From NCBI GenBank assembly GCA_039588275.1, contig JBDHAC010000024.1:1-64000 (forward strand): DNA of 64,000 nt, written 5' to 3'. Every line of letters starts with the position of its first letter. Positions within the stretch are counted from its first letter, which is position 1. Below, piece after piece: positions 9,251-17,825 of this stretch. A program made the position numbers and the translations under genes. The stretch comes from Gemmatimonadota bacterium. GTDB taxonomy: Bacteria; Gemmatimonadota; Gemmatimonadetes; Palauibacterales; Palauibacteraceae. The notes beneath the pieces are model-generated. The model searched no databases. It had not been told where the DNA came from and worked only from the letters and a program-made list of their open reading frames with translations.

Positions 9251-11554
9251 ATGCGGCTTCGCGTCGCCCTTCTCGCGACCCTGATTCCGACGGCGGCGGC
9301 GGCTCAGGAGGCTCCGCGAGCCCTGACCGCGGACGATTACGCTCGCGCCGAGCGCTTCCTGTCGGCCAACACGAGCCCCCTCGTGTTAGCTGGTTCGGTG
9401 AGCCCGACGTGGATGGACGACGGCCGGTTCTGGTACCGCAACCGGTTCTCGCAGGGCGAGGAGATCGTGATCGTCGATCCCGACGCCCGTACGCGGGAGC
9501 GTGCCTTCGATCACGAGAGGCTGGCTGCCGCGCTCACGTCGGTGACGGACACGGCCTACACGTCCTTCGCGCTTCCGCTGCGCGGGTTCGAACTCGACCC
9601 CGGAACCGCGGCGTTCCAGATCGAACGGACCGGCTATTCCTGCGATCTCCGGATCTACCGCTGCACGGAAGACGCCGAGGATGAGGCCGCGGCCACTCGA
9701 ACCGATGTGGTCTCGCCGGATAGGTCGACGGCAGCGTTCATCCGGGACCATGACCTCTGGGTGCGCGATCTCGCGACCGGAGAAGAGACTCGGCTCACCG
9801 CTGACGGCGTGGAAGACTTCGGGTACGCCACCAACAACGCCGGCTGGGCGCGCAGCGATCGGCCCGTCCTGAAATGGTCCCCCGACTCCCGGAAGATCGC
9901 GACCTTCCAGCACGATGGTCGCGGCGTAGGGATGATGTACATGGTCCGCACGGAGGTGGGGAGCCCGGAGCTGGACGCGTGGCGGTACCCCTTCCCGGGG
10001 GACTCGGTGATCTTTCGCATCCACCGGGTGGTCGTCGACCTCGACGCCCCGGAGGGCAGCCGGGTGGTGCGCTTGGGGATGCCGCCCGACCCGCACCGCT
10101 CCACGGTGTGCGATCACGTTGCCTGCCGGGGTACGTTCGCCGATGTCGAATGGAGCGCCGACGGCTCTCGGCTTGCCTTCGTCTCGAGCTCCCGGGACCA
10201 CAAGCGCGCCACGCTCAGGGTGGCGAACGCGGCCACCGGTGACGTGCGCGACATCCTCGAGGAGGTCGAGGAGACCTTCTACGAGTCCGGCGGGAACTGG
10301 CGCTTCCTCTCGGAGACGGACGAGGTGATCTGGTTCTCCCACCAAGACGACTGGGGACACCTCTATCTGTACGATGCGGCCAGCGGCGAGATGAAGCGCC
10401 GAATCACCTCGGGCGAGTGGAACGTCAACCGGGTGCTCTCCATCGACGAGGCGGCTCGCACGGTGCTCCTCATGGGGAACGGCCGTGAGCCGGGCGACCC
10501 GTACTTTCAGTACCTGTATCGCGTCGGCCTGGACGGTGGTGACGTCCAGCTACTCACGCCCGACAGCGCGAATCACACAATCTCGCTCTCTCCAAGCGGA
10601 GGCTATTTCGTCGACAGCTACTCGACCCCGACGATTCCACCCGTGACCGTGGTCCGCGCTCTGGACGGGACCGTGACCCAAACCGTGGAGGAGGCCGACA
10701 TCTCGCGCCTGGTGGACTCGGGCTGGCCACCCCCCATCCCGTTCAACGTGAAGGCGAGGGATGGCGAGACCGATCTGTACGGGCTCATGTTCCGGCCGCT
10801 CGATTTCGATCCTGAAGAGAAGTATCCCGTCATCAACTACCTGTATCCAGGCCCGCAGAGCGGCAGCGTGGGGAGCCGGAGCTTCCGAGCCTCACACAGG
10901 GATCTCCAGGCTCTGGCGGCGCTGGGCTTCGTGGTGATCGAGCTCGATGCCATGGGCACGCCCATGCGCTCGAAGTCCTTCCACGAGGCGTACTACGGCA
11001 ACATGGGGGACAACGGGCTCCCGGATCAGATCGCAGGAATCCGGCAGCTGGCCGACCGATACTCGTGGATCGATCTCGACCGCGTGGGAATCTACGGTCA
11101 CTCCGGGGGCGGCTTCGCGTCCACCGACGGCATCCTGCGTTACCCCGACTTCTACAAGGTGGCCGTCTCCCAGGCCGGCAATCACGACAACCGGAACTAC
11201 GAGGACGACTGGGGAGAGAAGTGGCAGGGGCTGTTGGAGGAGTATCCCGACGGCACCACCAATTACGACAACCAGGCCAACCAACTCCTGGCGGAGAATC
11301 TCAAAGGCAAGCTCCTCATCGCGCACGGGACGCTGGACGGGAACGTGCCCGCCTCCAACACCATGCTGGTCGTCGACGCCCTGATCGCGGCCAACAAGGA
11401 TTTCGATCTCTTGCTGCTTCCCAATCGCGGCCACGGGTTCGGGAACGAGCCGTACATGATGCGGCGTCGGTGGGACTACTTCGTGCGGCACCTGCTGGGT
11501 GCGGAGCCCCCACAGGGATACGAGATCGGGCGGGAGCGACCGCTGGTGCCCTGA
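9251..11554 (+). CDS. S9 family peptidase (dipeptidyl peptidase IV-like), secreted
   Basis: GGAGGT RBS, signal peptide, DPPIV N-terminal propeller, YPGPQ, nucleophile GHSGGG, HGTLDGNV, and HGF. Confidence 0.93.
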   Translation: MRLRVALLATLIPTAAAAQEAPRALTADDYARAERFLSANTSPLVLAGSVSPTWMDDGRFWYRNRFSQGEEIVIVDPDARTRERAFDHERLAAALTSVTDTAYTSFALPLRGFELDPGTAAFQIERTGYSCDLRIYRCTEDAEDEAAATRTDVVSPDRSTAAFIRDHDLWVRDLATGEETRLTADGVEDFGYATNNAGWARSDRPVLKWSPDSRKIATFQHDGRGVGMMYMVRTEVGSPELDAWRYPFPGDSVIFRIHRVVVDLDAPEGSRVVRLGMPPDPHRSTVCDHVACRGTFADVEWSADGSRLAFVSSSRDHKRATLRVANAATGDVRDILEEVEETFYESGGNWRFLSETDEVIWFSHQDDWGHLYLYDAASGEMKRRITSGEWNVNRVLSIDEAARTVLLMGNGREPGDPYFQYLYRVGLDGGDVQLLTPDSANHTISLSPSGGYFVDSYSTPTIPPVTVVRALDGTVTQTVEEADISRLVDSGWPPPIPFNVKARDGETDLYGLMFRPLDFDPEEKYPVINYLYPGPQSGSVGSRSFRASHRDLQALAALGFVVIELDAMGTPMRSKSFHEAYYGNMGDNGLPDQIAGIRQLADRYSWIDLDRVGIYGHSGGGFASTDGILRYPDFYKVAVSQAGNHDNRNYEDDWGEKWQGLLEEYPDGTTNYDNQANQLLAENLKGKLLIAHGTLDGNVPASNTMLVVDALIAANKDFDLLLLPNRGHGFGNEPYMMRRRWDYFVRHLLGAEPPQGYEIGRERPLVP

Positions 11555-11710
11555 GGGCTCCGCCCGGCGCTCGCCGCCGGACTGGCCTGCTCTTTCATCG
11601 CGTTCCCGGGGGGTGCCACTTGCGCACCGCGCCGGCGGCGGTACTTTCGCCCGTCTCCGTTGTCTCGTTCTCCCTGTCCCTGGAAGGACCTGTCCCGGAA
11701 GGAGTCGCTC

Positions 11711-12460
11711 ATGAAGTGGAGGAACTTGCTCATCCCTGTCGTGGCCGTCCTGGCGTTCGCGCCCCAGCCGGCCCAATCCCAGTCGCTGGTCGGCATGTAC
11801 TACCGTTGCAGCACGGCCGATGAAGGCGAGGCGGACTTCATCATGAACCAAGTGCTCAGCCGCGTCTTCGACCGAAACGTCGAGGCCGGGAACATGACCG
11901 GCTGGGGCTGGGTCGAGCATCAAGCGGGCGGGGCCTGGCGCCGGATCGCGACAATCACTGCTCCCGATCGCTCGGCGCTCATGACCGCCTGGGGGCAGGT
12001 CATCAACGAGATCGAGGACGAGCACCCGAACGCGTGGCACCGGTTCAACGAGATTTGTGACTCGCACGACGACTACATCTGGAGCCTGGTCGCCTCGGAC
12101 GCGGGCTCGGACCCGTCCGTCACGCCAGACGCTTGGGTGTCGACCTATTGGGTCTGCAGCGAGCGGACCGAGGCCCGGGCCAACGAGATCTTCCAGGAGA
12201 CCATCGCGCCGGTGATCGACAGGCACATCGCCGCCGGCCACCTCGGAGGATACGGCTGGTACGCGCACGATCTCGGAGGGCGCTTCCGTCGCCTGATGAC
12301 CCTCCAGGCGGCGGATGACTTCGATCTGCTGGAGGGGCGCCAGATGGTCATCGATGAGCTCCAGTCGGACCATGCGGACGCACTCGATGAGTTCAGCTCG
12401 ATCTGCAACGGCCACGTCGACTATCTGTGGGCGAACGCTCGCTCGGGAGCCGACGAGTAA
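11711..12460 (+). CDS. Secreted hypothetical protein made of two homologous ~100-aa domains
   Basis: AAGGAG RBS, signal peptide, and internal repeat ICDSHDDYIW / ICNGHVDYLW. Confidence 0.8.
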   Translation: MKWRNLLIPVVAVLAFAPQPAQSQSLVGMYYRCSTADEGEADFIMNQVLSRVFDRNVEAGNMTGWGWVEHQAGGAWRRIATITAPDRSALMTAWGQVINEIEDEHPNAWHRFNEICDSHDDYIWSLVASDAGSDPSVTPDAWVSTYWVCSERTEARANEIFQETIAPVIDRHIAAGHLGGYGWYAHDLGGRFRRLMTLQAADDFDLLEGRQMVIDELQSDHADALDEFSSICNGHVDYLWANARSGADE

Positions 12461-12499
12461 TACGCTTTCAACTCACAGTCGAGCCACAACGGAGAACGT

Positions 12500-12528
12500 C
12501 GAAAGCCCGCCAGGACGGCGGGCTTTCG
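12500..12528. terminator. Intrinsic terminator-like hairpin
   Basis: CGAAAGCCCGCC-aggac-GGCGGGCTTTCG is a perfect 12-bp stem about 40 nt after the stop at 12460. Confidence 0.7.
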
Positions 12529-12580
12529 TGCGTTCAGGCGCTTGGTTCGTGCGTTTGGGGCTTGGTTCGCGCGTTTGTAG
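12525..12580 (+). repeat. Three imperfect ~20-bp tandem direct repeats (core TTCG[T/C]GCGTT)
   Basis: Cores start at 12525, 12546 and 12566. Units 2 and 3 share CTTGGTTCGyGCGTTTG. Confidence 0.6.
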
Positions 12581-12732
12581 GGCAGGTATCCCCGTCCAAT
12601 CCGCGCCTGGCCAACCTCGCGTGATCGCATGACCCGCCCGGGAAACGTCTCGAATGCTCCCCTCGTATACACCTGTGCACCAATACACCCGGGCACAGAG
12701 CCCCGAATGCACTCACGCATGGAGGGAATGAC

Positions 12733-12912
12733 TTGAAGGACTGGAAGAAACTGTCACGCGCGCTGCTGCTCGCCGGCGGCCTCAACTGGGGGCTGATCGG
12801 GCTACTGGGCTTCAACCCCATCGGGGCGGTGTTCGGACCCCTGGCGCGATTCGTCTACCTGGCGGTCGGGTGGGCGGCCGTGTACGCGTTGACCAACGGA
12901 AACGACGCCTGA
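12733..12912 (+). CDS. DUF378 family small membrane protein (59 aa, not in the ORF track)
   Basis: GGAGG RBS and TTG start. Translation MKDWKKLSRALLLAGGLNWGLIGLLGFNPIGAVFGPLARFVYLAVGWAAVYALTNGNDA has the GGLNWGLIG and LARxVYxxVG signature. Confidence 0.85.
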   Translation: MKDWKKLSRALLLAGGLNWGLIGLLGFNPIGAVFGPLARFVYLAVGWAAVYALTNGNDA

Positions 12913-12937
12913 TCGAACCGCATCTCCACGAGGTGAC

Positions 12938-13669
12938 ATGGTTCTGCTGCGGAAGGTGGTAGCGGTTGGCGCTCTACTCGCGCTGGCCGGCCTCATCTGG
13001 ACGCTCGAGCGCGGCTCATACGGCGTCAATCCGCGGTTGGTGATTGCCACTCGCGTACTGCTCTTCCCACTGGGTGTCGCCATCACAGGCGTGCTCCTCG
13101 AGCAGTATTGGGGGCGGTGGCTGGCGCTCGCGGCCGCGCTGGTGGTTCTCCCCTGGGCCCTCGTCCTGACCTTCGGACTGCCTCCCGGTGTCCCATTGAG
13201 GCAGCAGACGATCGCCCTGATCGCCTCCGGACTGCTGCTCCTGACCCTGTCGGGTCGAGTGATGTTCGAGCGATACGAGGGGCGCGCGGCGACGGATTGG
13301 ACCGGTCTCCGGATGGGGCTCGTGCGCTGGACCATCATCCTCAACATGGCGTCTGCCGCAGCGCTCTTCCTGTTCGTGGCGCTGTACCGCTACACGATCG
13401 AATGGCACGTCGTCCTCCCGGCCGTACTGCTCGTGGCTCTCGTGGCCGGCGTGCTGATGCTCACCCGGCAGAAGACCCTGGGCCTCGTCCTGGTGGCGCT
13501 AGCCTGCGTTCTATTCGTTCCGGCGGCGGCGTTCTTCGTCTGGATGGAATCGAGCTACGCCGGCGGAGTGCGGATCTTCGCGATGAGCTTCATTCCGGGT
13601 GTCGTGGCCGGGTGGGCGTGCCTGTTCGCCTTCGGGCGCCCCATCTGGCGCACGCTGCGCACGGACTGA
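12938..13669 (+). CDS. Hypothetical integral membrane protein (about 8 TM)
   Basis: GAGGTG RBS and many hydrophobic segments. Confidence 0.75.
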   Translation: MVLLRKVVAVGALLALAGLIWTLERGSYGVNPRLVIATRVLLFPLGVAITGVLLEQYWGRWLALAAALVVLPWALVLTFGLPPGVPLRQQTIALIASGLLLLTLSGRVMFERYEGRAATDWTGLRMGLVRWTIILNMASAAALFLFVALYRYTIEWHVVLPAVLLVALVAGVLMLTRQKTLGLVLVALACVLFVPAAAFFVWMESSYAGGVRIFAMSFIPGVVAGWACLFAFGRPIWRTLRTD

Positions 13670-13760
13670 GGTCTCCGCGCAGAGTGACCCTAAGAAGAAA
13701 CAAGCCCGGATCCCGGCGTCAACCCAAACGGAGCGGGCGACCGGAGTCCGTCGGGCGTAA

Positions 13761-14681
13761 TTACCAGCTGATGTACTTGTACATGAGACGGATCAGCCGG
13801 TACGCCTCGTCCACGGTTCGCGCCTCGTACTCGACGGTCGTGCCGTCCACCCGTCGCATGCCGGGTACCGCTTGCAGGATGTCCGCGCGCGTCGTGGTCG
13901 CGAACCGCATGCGAACCGTGGCGGGCTCGCCTACCTCCAGCGGTCGTGCGGCGGCCAAATCGTTCAACGCTTCCAGCGTCGTCGCGTGCAGGCGTTCGCG
14001 CACGACCTCGGGGTGATGGAGTCTGGCGACCGAGGAGCCGACAGCCTCCTTGGTCGCCACCGTCCGTGTGTTCACCAGCTCCCGAAACTGAAGCGTGAAG
14101 GTCGAGTCTCCGGCGGCGAGAATCACCGGCACGCCATGCGCGCCCGCGAAGTGTGCGTTCATGCCCCCTTCACCCACCTCCACTCCGTTGATCCACAGCC
14201 CCTTCACCGAGCCGGAGCCGGTGTGCGCGAGGAAACCGTCCTCCGTGCCCGCGCGCGCGTGATATCCGAGGAAGATCACCGCATCGAACGAGGCATCCAG
14301 CCCCTGCACCATGCCCAGCGGCTTGATATTCCCCTGGATATACTCGACCCGCTCGTCCAGCCCAGTGTGGAGGAGGTTCTGCATGTCCCCGTGCGAGTCG
14401 TTGACCAGGACCTCGGCCGCTCCATGCTCGAAGATCGCTGCCACCACGGCATTCACCTCAGCGGTCATGAGCTCGCGCCCCAGCGCGTAGTCCTTTCCGG
14501 AGCCGCTGGTCATCTTCGGCGTCCCGATACCACCGATGCCCTCCATGTCCACCGAGATGAAGATCTTCAGCGGATTGTCCCCGGATTGTCCGTCCTGCGC
14601 GCCGAGCGGTGGGGGAGCGTATGCCGAGCAAAGAGCAGCGAGGACGATCAAGCGAGAATACACGCAGCTGGTGCGGCTCAT
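13761..14681 (-). CDS. M55 family metallopeptidase (D-aminopeptidase DppA-like), with signal peptide
   Basis: KIFISVDMEG, VNDSHG, GYHARAG, LAHT, GEGG, AGD and TKEA motifs. Confidence 0.92.
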   Translation of the reverse strand: MSRTSCVYSRLIVLAALCSAYAPPPLGAQDGQSGDNPLKIFISVDMEGIGGIGTPKMTSGSGKDYALGRELMTAEVNAVVAAIFEHGAAEVLVNDSHGDMQNLLHTGLDERVEYIQGNIKPLGMVQGLDASFDAVIFLGYHARAGTEDGFLAHTGSGSVKGLWINGVEVGEGGMNAHFAGAHGVPVILAAGDSTFTLQFRELVNTRTVATKEAVGSSVARLHHPEVVRERLHATTLEALNDLAAARPLEVGEPATVRMRFATTTRADILQAVPGMRRVDGTTVEYEARTVDEAYRLIRLMYKYISW

Positions 14682-14903
14682 CTGGAATCTCCCACGGCTA
14701 TTGGCACGCGTACCCCCATCCTTCGAGGCACATTCGGTCTCGGTCGGTCTTCCTCCAAGGTCGTTTCCGAGACTCGCAGACGCGAGGCTTCGGCAGCGAG
14801 CCGAGACAGCCGGCCTGGATGCGCCCTCTAGCGCGGCACACCGCGGCACAGCACGCTACTAGCCGTTCGGCACGTTCCACCTCACCCACGAAAGGACTGA
14901 GAC

Positions 14904-15491
14904 ATGCGCCGACTTGCGGTCTACAGCCTCCTGGCGGGAGCGTTCGCGCTCACGGGTGTCGCTCCTGCGGCTGCCCAGGGGGAGTCGGAACTCCTCCCCG
15001 TCGGTGCGGCGGCTCCCGACTTCGAGCTGCCCGGGGCGACGCGGCATGGCCTCCTGGCAAGCCCCGTCAGCCTGAGCGAGTACCGGGGGGAGACGGTCGT
15101 CCTGGCGTTCTTCTATCGCGTCAGAACACCTGGGTGAACGGTTCAGATGAGAGCGTACCGGGATCAGTACGCAAGCGTATTCAACGAGGGACGAAACGTC
15201 GTCCTGATCGGCATCTCGAACGACTCGCCCGATGAGCTCGCCTCCTGGCTGAAGGACGAGGACTTCCCGTTCGTGTTCGCGAGCGATGCCGCCAATGAAG
15301 GTGCGACCTACACGGAGTTCGGCGGCGGCCTGAGGGACAACAACATGGTCGAAAGCCGGAGTGTGATCGTGGTGGGGCCCGATGGCCGGATCGCAGGGGT
15401 CATCCCCCGGTTCAACCAGGTCGATCCGCTGGCCTACGAGGAGCTCGGGGGGATCATCGACGAGGTGACGCCGGAACCGGAAGATCCGTAG
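14904..15491 (+). CDS. Exported peroxiredoxin-like (AhpC/TSA, BCP-type) selenoprotein; UGA at 15135-15137 read as Sec (195 aa)
   Basis: ORFs 14904-15137 and 15147-15491 are in the same frame. Joined they read VG..APDFELP...SLSEYRG.TVVLAFFYRVRTPG-U-TVQMRAYRD...VVLIGISNDS...FPFVFASD...RSVIVVGPDG, with UGA at the peroxidatic Cys position. No Cys elsewhere. AAAGGA RBS. Confidence 0.88.
15138..15172 (+). promoter_or_regulatory. Candidate bacterial SECIS element
   Basis: Stem GCGTAC (15153-15158) pairs with GTACGC (15167-15172) around a G-rich loop CGGGATCA. The stem starts 15 nt after the in-frame UGA. Confidence 0.6.
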
Positions 15492-15535
15492 GGGAGCTCC
15501 TGGAAGATCCTGAATGGCGCGTGGGCGGGGGCGGA

Positions 15536-16117
15536 TCAGCTCCCGCCAGACGCGGCCTTCCCCACGATTCGCTCCACCGCACCGATCAGGTCCTGCTGCC
15601 CGCCGACACCGGTGTAGGCGACCTTGCCTTCCCCATCCAGGATAACGACCACCGAGGTGGTGGGCGCCTCGTAGGCCCGAACCGCCGCGCCACGGCCATC
15701 CCAGAGATACGGGTACCCCGGATCGTGCGCCTCCAGGTGTCGCTTGACGCGCCGGAGAGACTGGGACACGGCTACCGCGACCGCGACGATCTTCAGGCGC
15801 TCGCCATGGGTTGCGTGAATCCGGTCCAGCTGCGGCTGGAGCGCTTCGCAGTTCTCACACCAGCTGGCCCAGAACTCGATCAGGGCGGGCCCGTCACCGA
15901 TATAATCCAGAAGCTCGGCGGGATTCCCGTCCAAATCCTCGACCGCGGCCGCCGGCGCCCGGGTCCCGATCGCGAGGCCGACCTCGCCTTCGCCCGCCTG
16001 GGCCCGAAGCGCGCTCGGAGCCAGGCCGGCCCCGATCAACAGGAGGCACGTTGCGATGGCGGCGCCGCGAATGCGTGAGGCGCACGGCGCTTCGCGAGGA
16101 GATGCCGCGCTCGTCAT
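15536..16117 (-). CDS. TlpA/ResA-like thiol-disulfide oxidoreductase, exported
   Basis: Signal peptide, AP...EDLDG, IEFWASWCENC, and VVILDGEG. ATGA overlap with the ccdA stop. Confidence 0.88.
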   Translation of the reverse strand: MTSAASPREAPCASRIRGAAIATCLLLIGAGLAPSALRAQAGEGEVGLAIGTRAPAAAVEDLDGNPAELLDYIGDGPALIEFWASWCENCEALQPQLDRIHATHGERLKIVAVAVAVSQSLRRVKRHLEAHDPGYPYLWDGRGAAVRAYEAPTTSVVVILDGEGKVAYTGVGGQQDLIGAVERIVGKAASGGS

Positions 16118-16851
16118 AGATTGAAGCCCGCTCTGATGAAGTAGTATTCGGCCATCGCGATCATAATGACCGCTGCGGCCCGTTTCATCCACACCATCCA
16201 CCGACCGGAACGCGGCAGGCGGGCCAGGGTTCCCGAGAAGATCCCGACCAGCACGAGCAGCATCGTCATACCGATGGAGAACACAAACAGGTACACGAAG
16301 CCCATCAGCCCGGCACGGGTGGCGGCCACCCAGGTGAGAACGACCGCGAACGCCGGCGCCCCGCACGGTGCCGCCACGATGCCCGAGCTGGCGCCGAGCA
16401 GGAACACCGCGCCGTAAGAACCGCCGCCGCGTCCGCTCGCCCACTCCAGCGCACGTCGCGGGACGGGCACGGGGAACACGTCCAGCATGAAGAGCGCGAA
16501 CAGGACGAGCAGGTTGCCGATCGCCGCGAGCGCCCATGGGTTGGCGCTGACCGTCCCGAACAATGTGCCCGTGAGCCCGGCGATCATGCCGAGGAGGGCG
16601 TACAGCACTGCCAGGCCACAGACATAGGTCAGCGTGAGCCCGACGGTGCGACCCCGCGTCTGGTCTTCGCGCGCGGTGCCCGTGATGATCGACGCGGTGA
16701 TCGGGATCATCGGGTAGATGCACGGCGTGAGGCTTGTGAGGACCCCGGCCACGAACAGCGTGCCCAGCGCGAGCAGCGGGCTGCTCGAGAGCGCTTGAGA
16801 GAGCCCGCCGGACGGCTCCACCTGGAGCAACACCAGAGAGAAGTTCATCAC
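16114..16851 (-). CDS. ccdA: CcdA/DsbD-beta membrane electron transporter
   Basis: About 6 TM with the two Cys-Pro motifs SLTPCIYPMIP and VAAPCGAP, plus LPRSGRWM. Confidence 0.88.
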   Translation of the reverse strand: MMNFSLVLLQVEPSGGLSQALSSSPLLALGTLFVAGVLTSLTPCIYPMIPITASIITGTAREDQTRGRTVGLTLTYVCGLAVLYALLGMIAGLTGTLFGTVSANPWALAAIGNLLVLFALFMLDVFPVPVPRRALEWASGRGGGSYGAVFLLGASSGIVAAPCGAPAFAVVLTWVAATRAGLMGFVYLFVFSIGMTMLLVLVGIFSGTLARLPRSGRWMVWMKRAAAVIMIAMAEYYFIRAGFNL

Positions 16852-16895
16852 GCGACGAGGGTGCGCGGATGGCGAGGTCCGCGCAAGCGCCTATC

Positions 16896-17612
16896 CTATG
16901 CGGGGCCGGAATCTCCCATTCCGGCCTTGCGTGCAAGGAGGATATAGGTGTCGCCGACGACCCTCGGGCCGTAGACAGCTCGAAACAACAGTCTTGCGGG
17001 GTATGCGGCGAGCTTCTGCAATGGCCCGGCGAAGTCGCCCGCCGTGGTCGATTCGATGATCCCGAACCCCTCCTCGGTGAGCAGCGTTCGCAGAACGCTA
17101 TCGGGAAGCGGAGAACGGTGTCTCGTGGATCCCTGCACCTTCGGGTCGAAGAACAGGAGCTCGCCCTGGAGCAGGAACTTGAGCCGTCCCAGCCAGCTGG
17201 CGAGGTTCGGGGTCGAGATCAGGAGAAACCCGTCGTCCTCGAGTAGCTGCCAGGCCTGTCGGAGGAATCCTGTTGGAGATTCGAGGTGCTCGATGATCTC
17301 GATGGCGATCAGAAGCCTGTATCGACGCCCGAGCCGCTGAACGAACTCCTCGTTGAGGTCCAGCCGTATCGGAGTCACGCCTTCCAGCTCGAACCTCGGT
17401 GTATCATGCTCCACAGCGTGCAGATCGCGGAAGCCGGCATCCTCCAGCCGCGCGAGGAAGGCACCTGAGCCGGCACCGAGGTCGAGTACGCCACCGCAAG
17501 GATCGAGGTGCCGCGTGAGCAGCGCGAAGGCGGCCTCGTGCGTGCCCGGCGCGCAACGCATGAGGAGCCCGCGGTAGCGCGCTCTCTCTCGGACCCAGAG
17601 AGAGCCGCTCAC
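16896..17612 (-). CDS. Class I SAM-dependent methyltransferase
   Basis: VLDLGAGSG, EIIEHLESP, and GFLLISTPN. GGAGGT RBS before GTG at 17612. Confidence 0.85.
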   Translation of the reverse strand: MSGSLWVRERARYRGLLMRCAPGTHEAAFALLTRHLDPCGGVLDLGAGSGAFLARLEDAGFRDLHAVEHDTPRFELEGVTPIRLDLNEEFVQRLGRRYRLLIAIEIIEHLESPTGFLRQAWQLLEDDGFLLISTPNLASWLGRLKFLLQGELLFFDPKVQGSTRHRSPLPDSVLRTLLTEEGFGIIESTTAGDFAGPLQKLAAYPARLLFRAVYGPRVVGDTYILLARKAGMGDSGPA

Positions 17613-17825
17613 CTGCCGAAACCTCCGATACGATCGCGACGGGTCCACGGAGAAGTCATGCGTAAAACGGGGCCCTCTCCGTTCATTTGTCCAGCGCCGG
17701 GCGTCCACCGAGTTTCGCGTGTGGCACGGCACGATGCCCGAAGCCTACTCCGGATAGCCGCGTCCGGATGCTCCGAATAACTTGAAACACTCTGACGAGA
17801 CGCGGCGCTTCTGCGGAGCTTCGTT

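Noticed and set aside
12521..12580. Possible mini-CRISPR array
   Set aside because: The period is about 20 bp with no unique 30-40 bp spacers, and there are no cas genes in the window.
14904..15491. Reading the two Prx ORFs as separate genes or a pseudogene
   Set aside because: They share a frame, the stop is TGA exactly at the catalytic position, a SECIS-like hairpin follows, and there is no other sign of decay.
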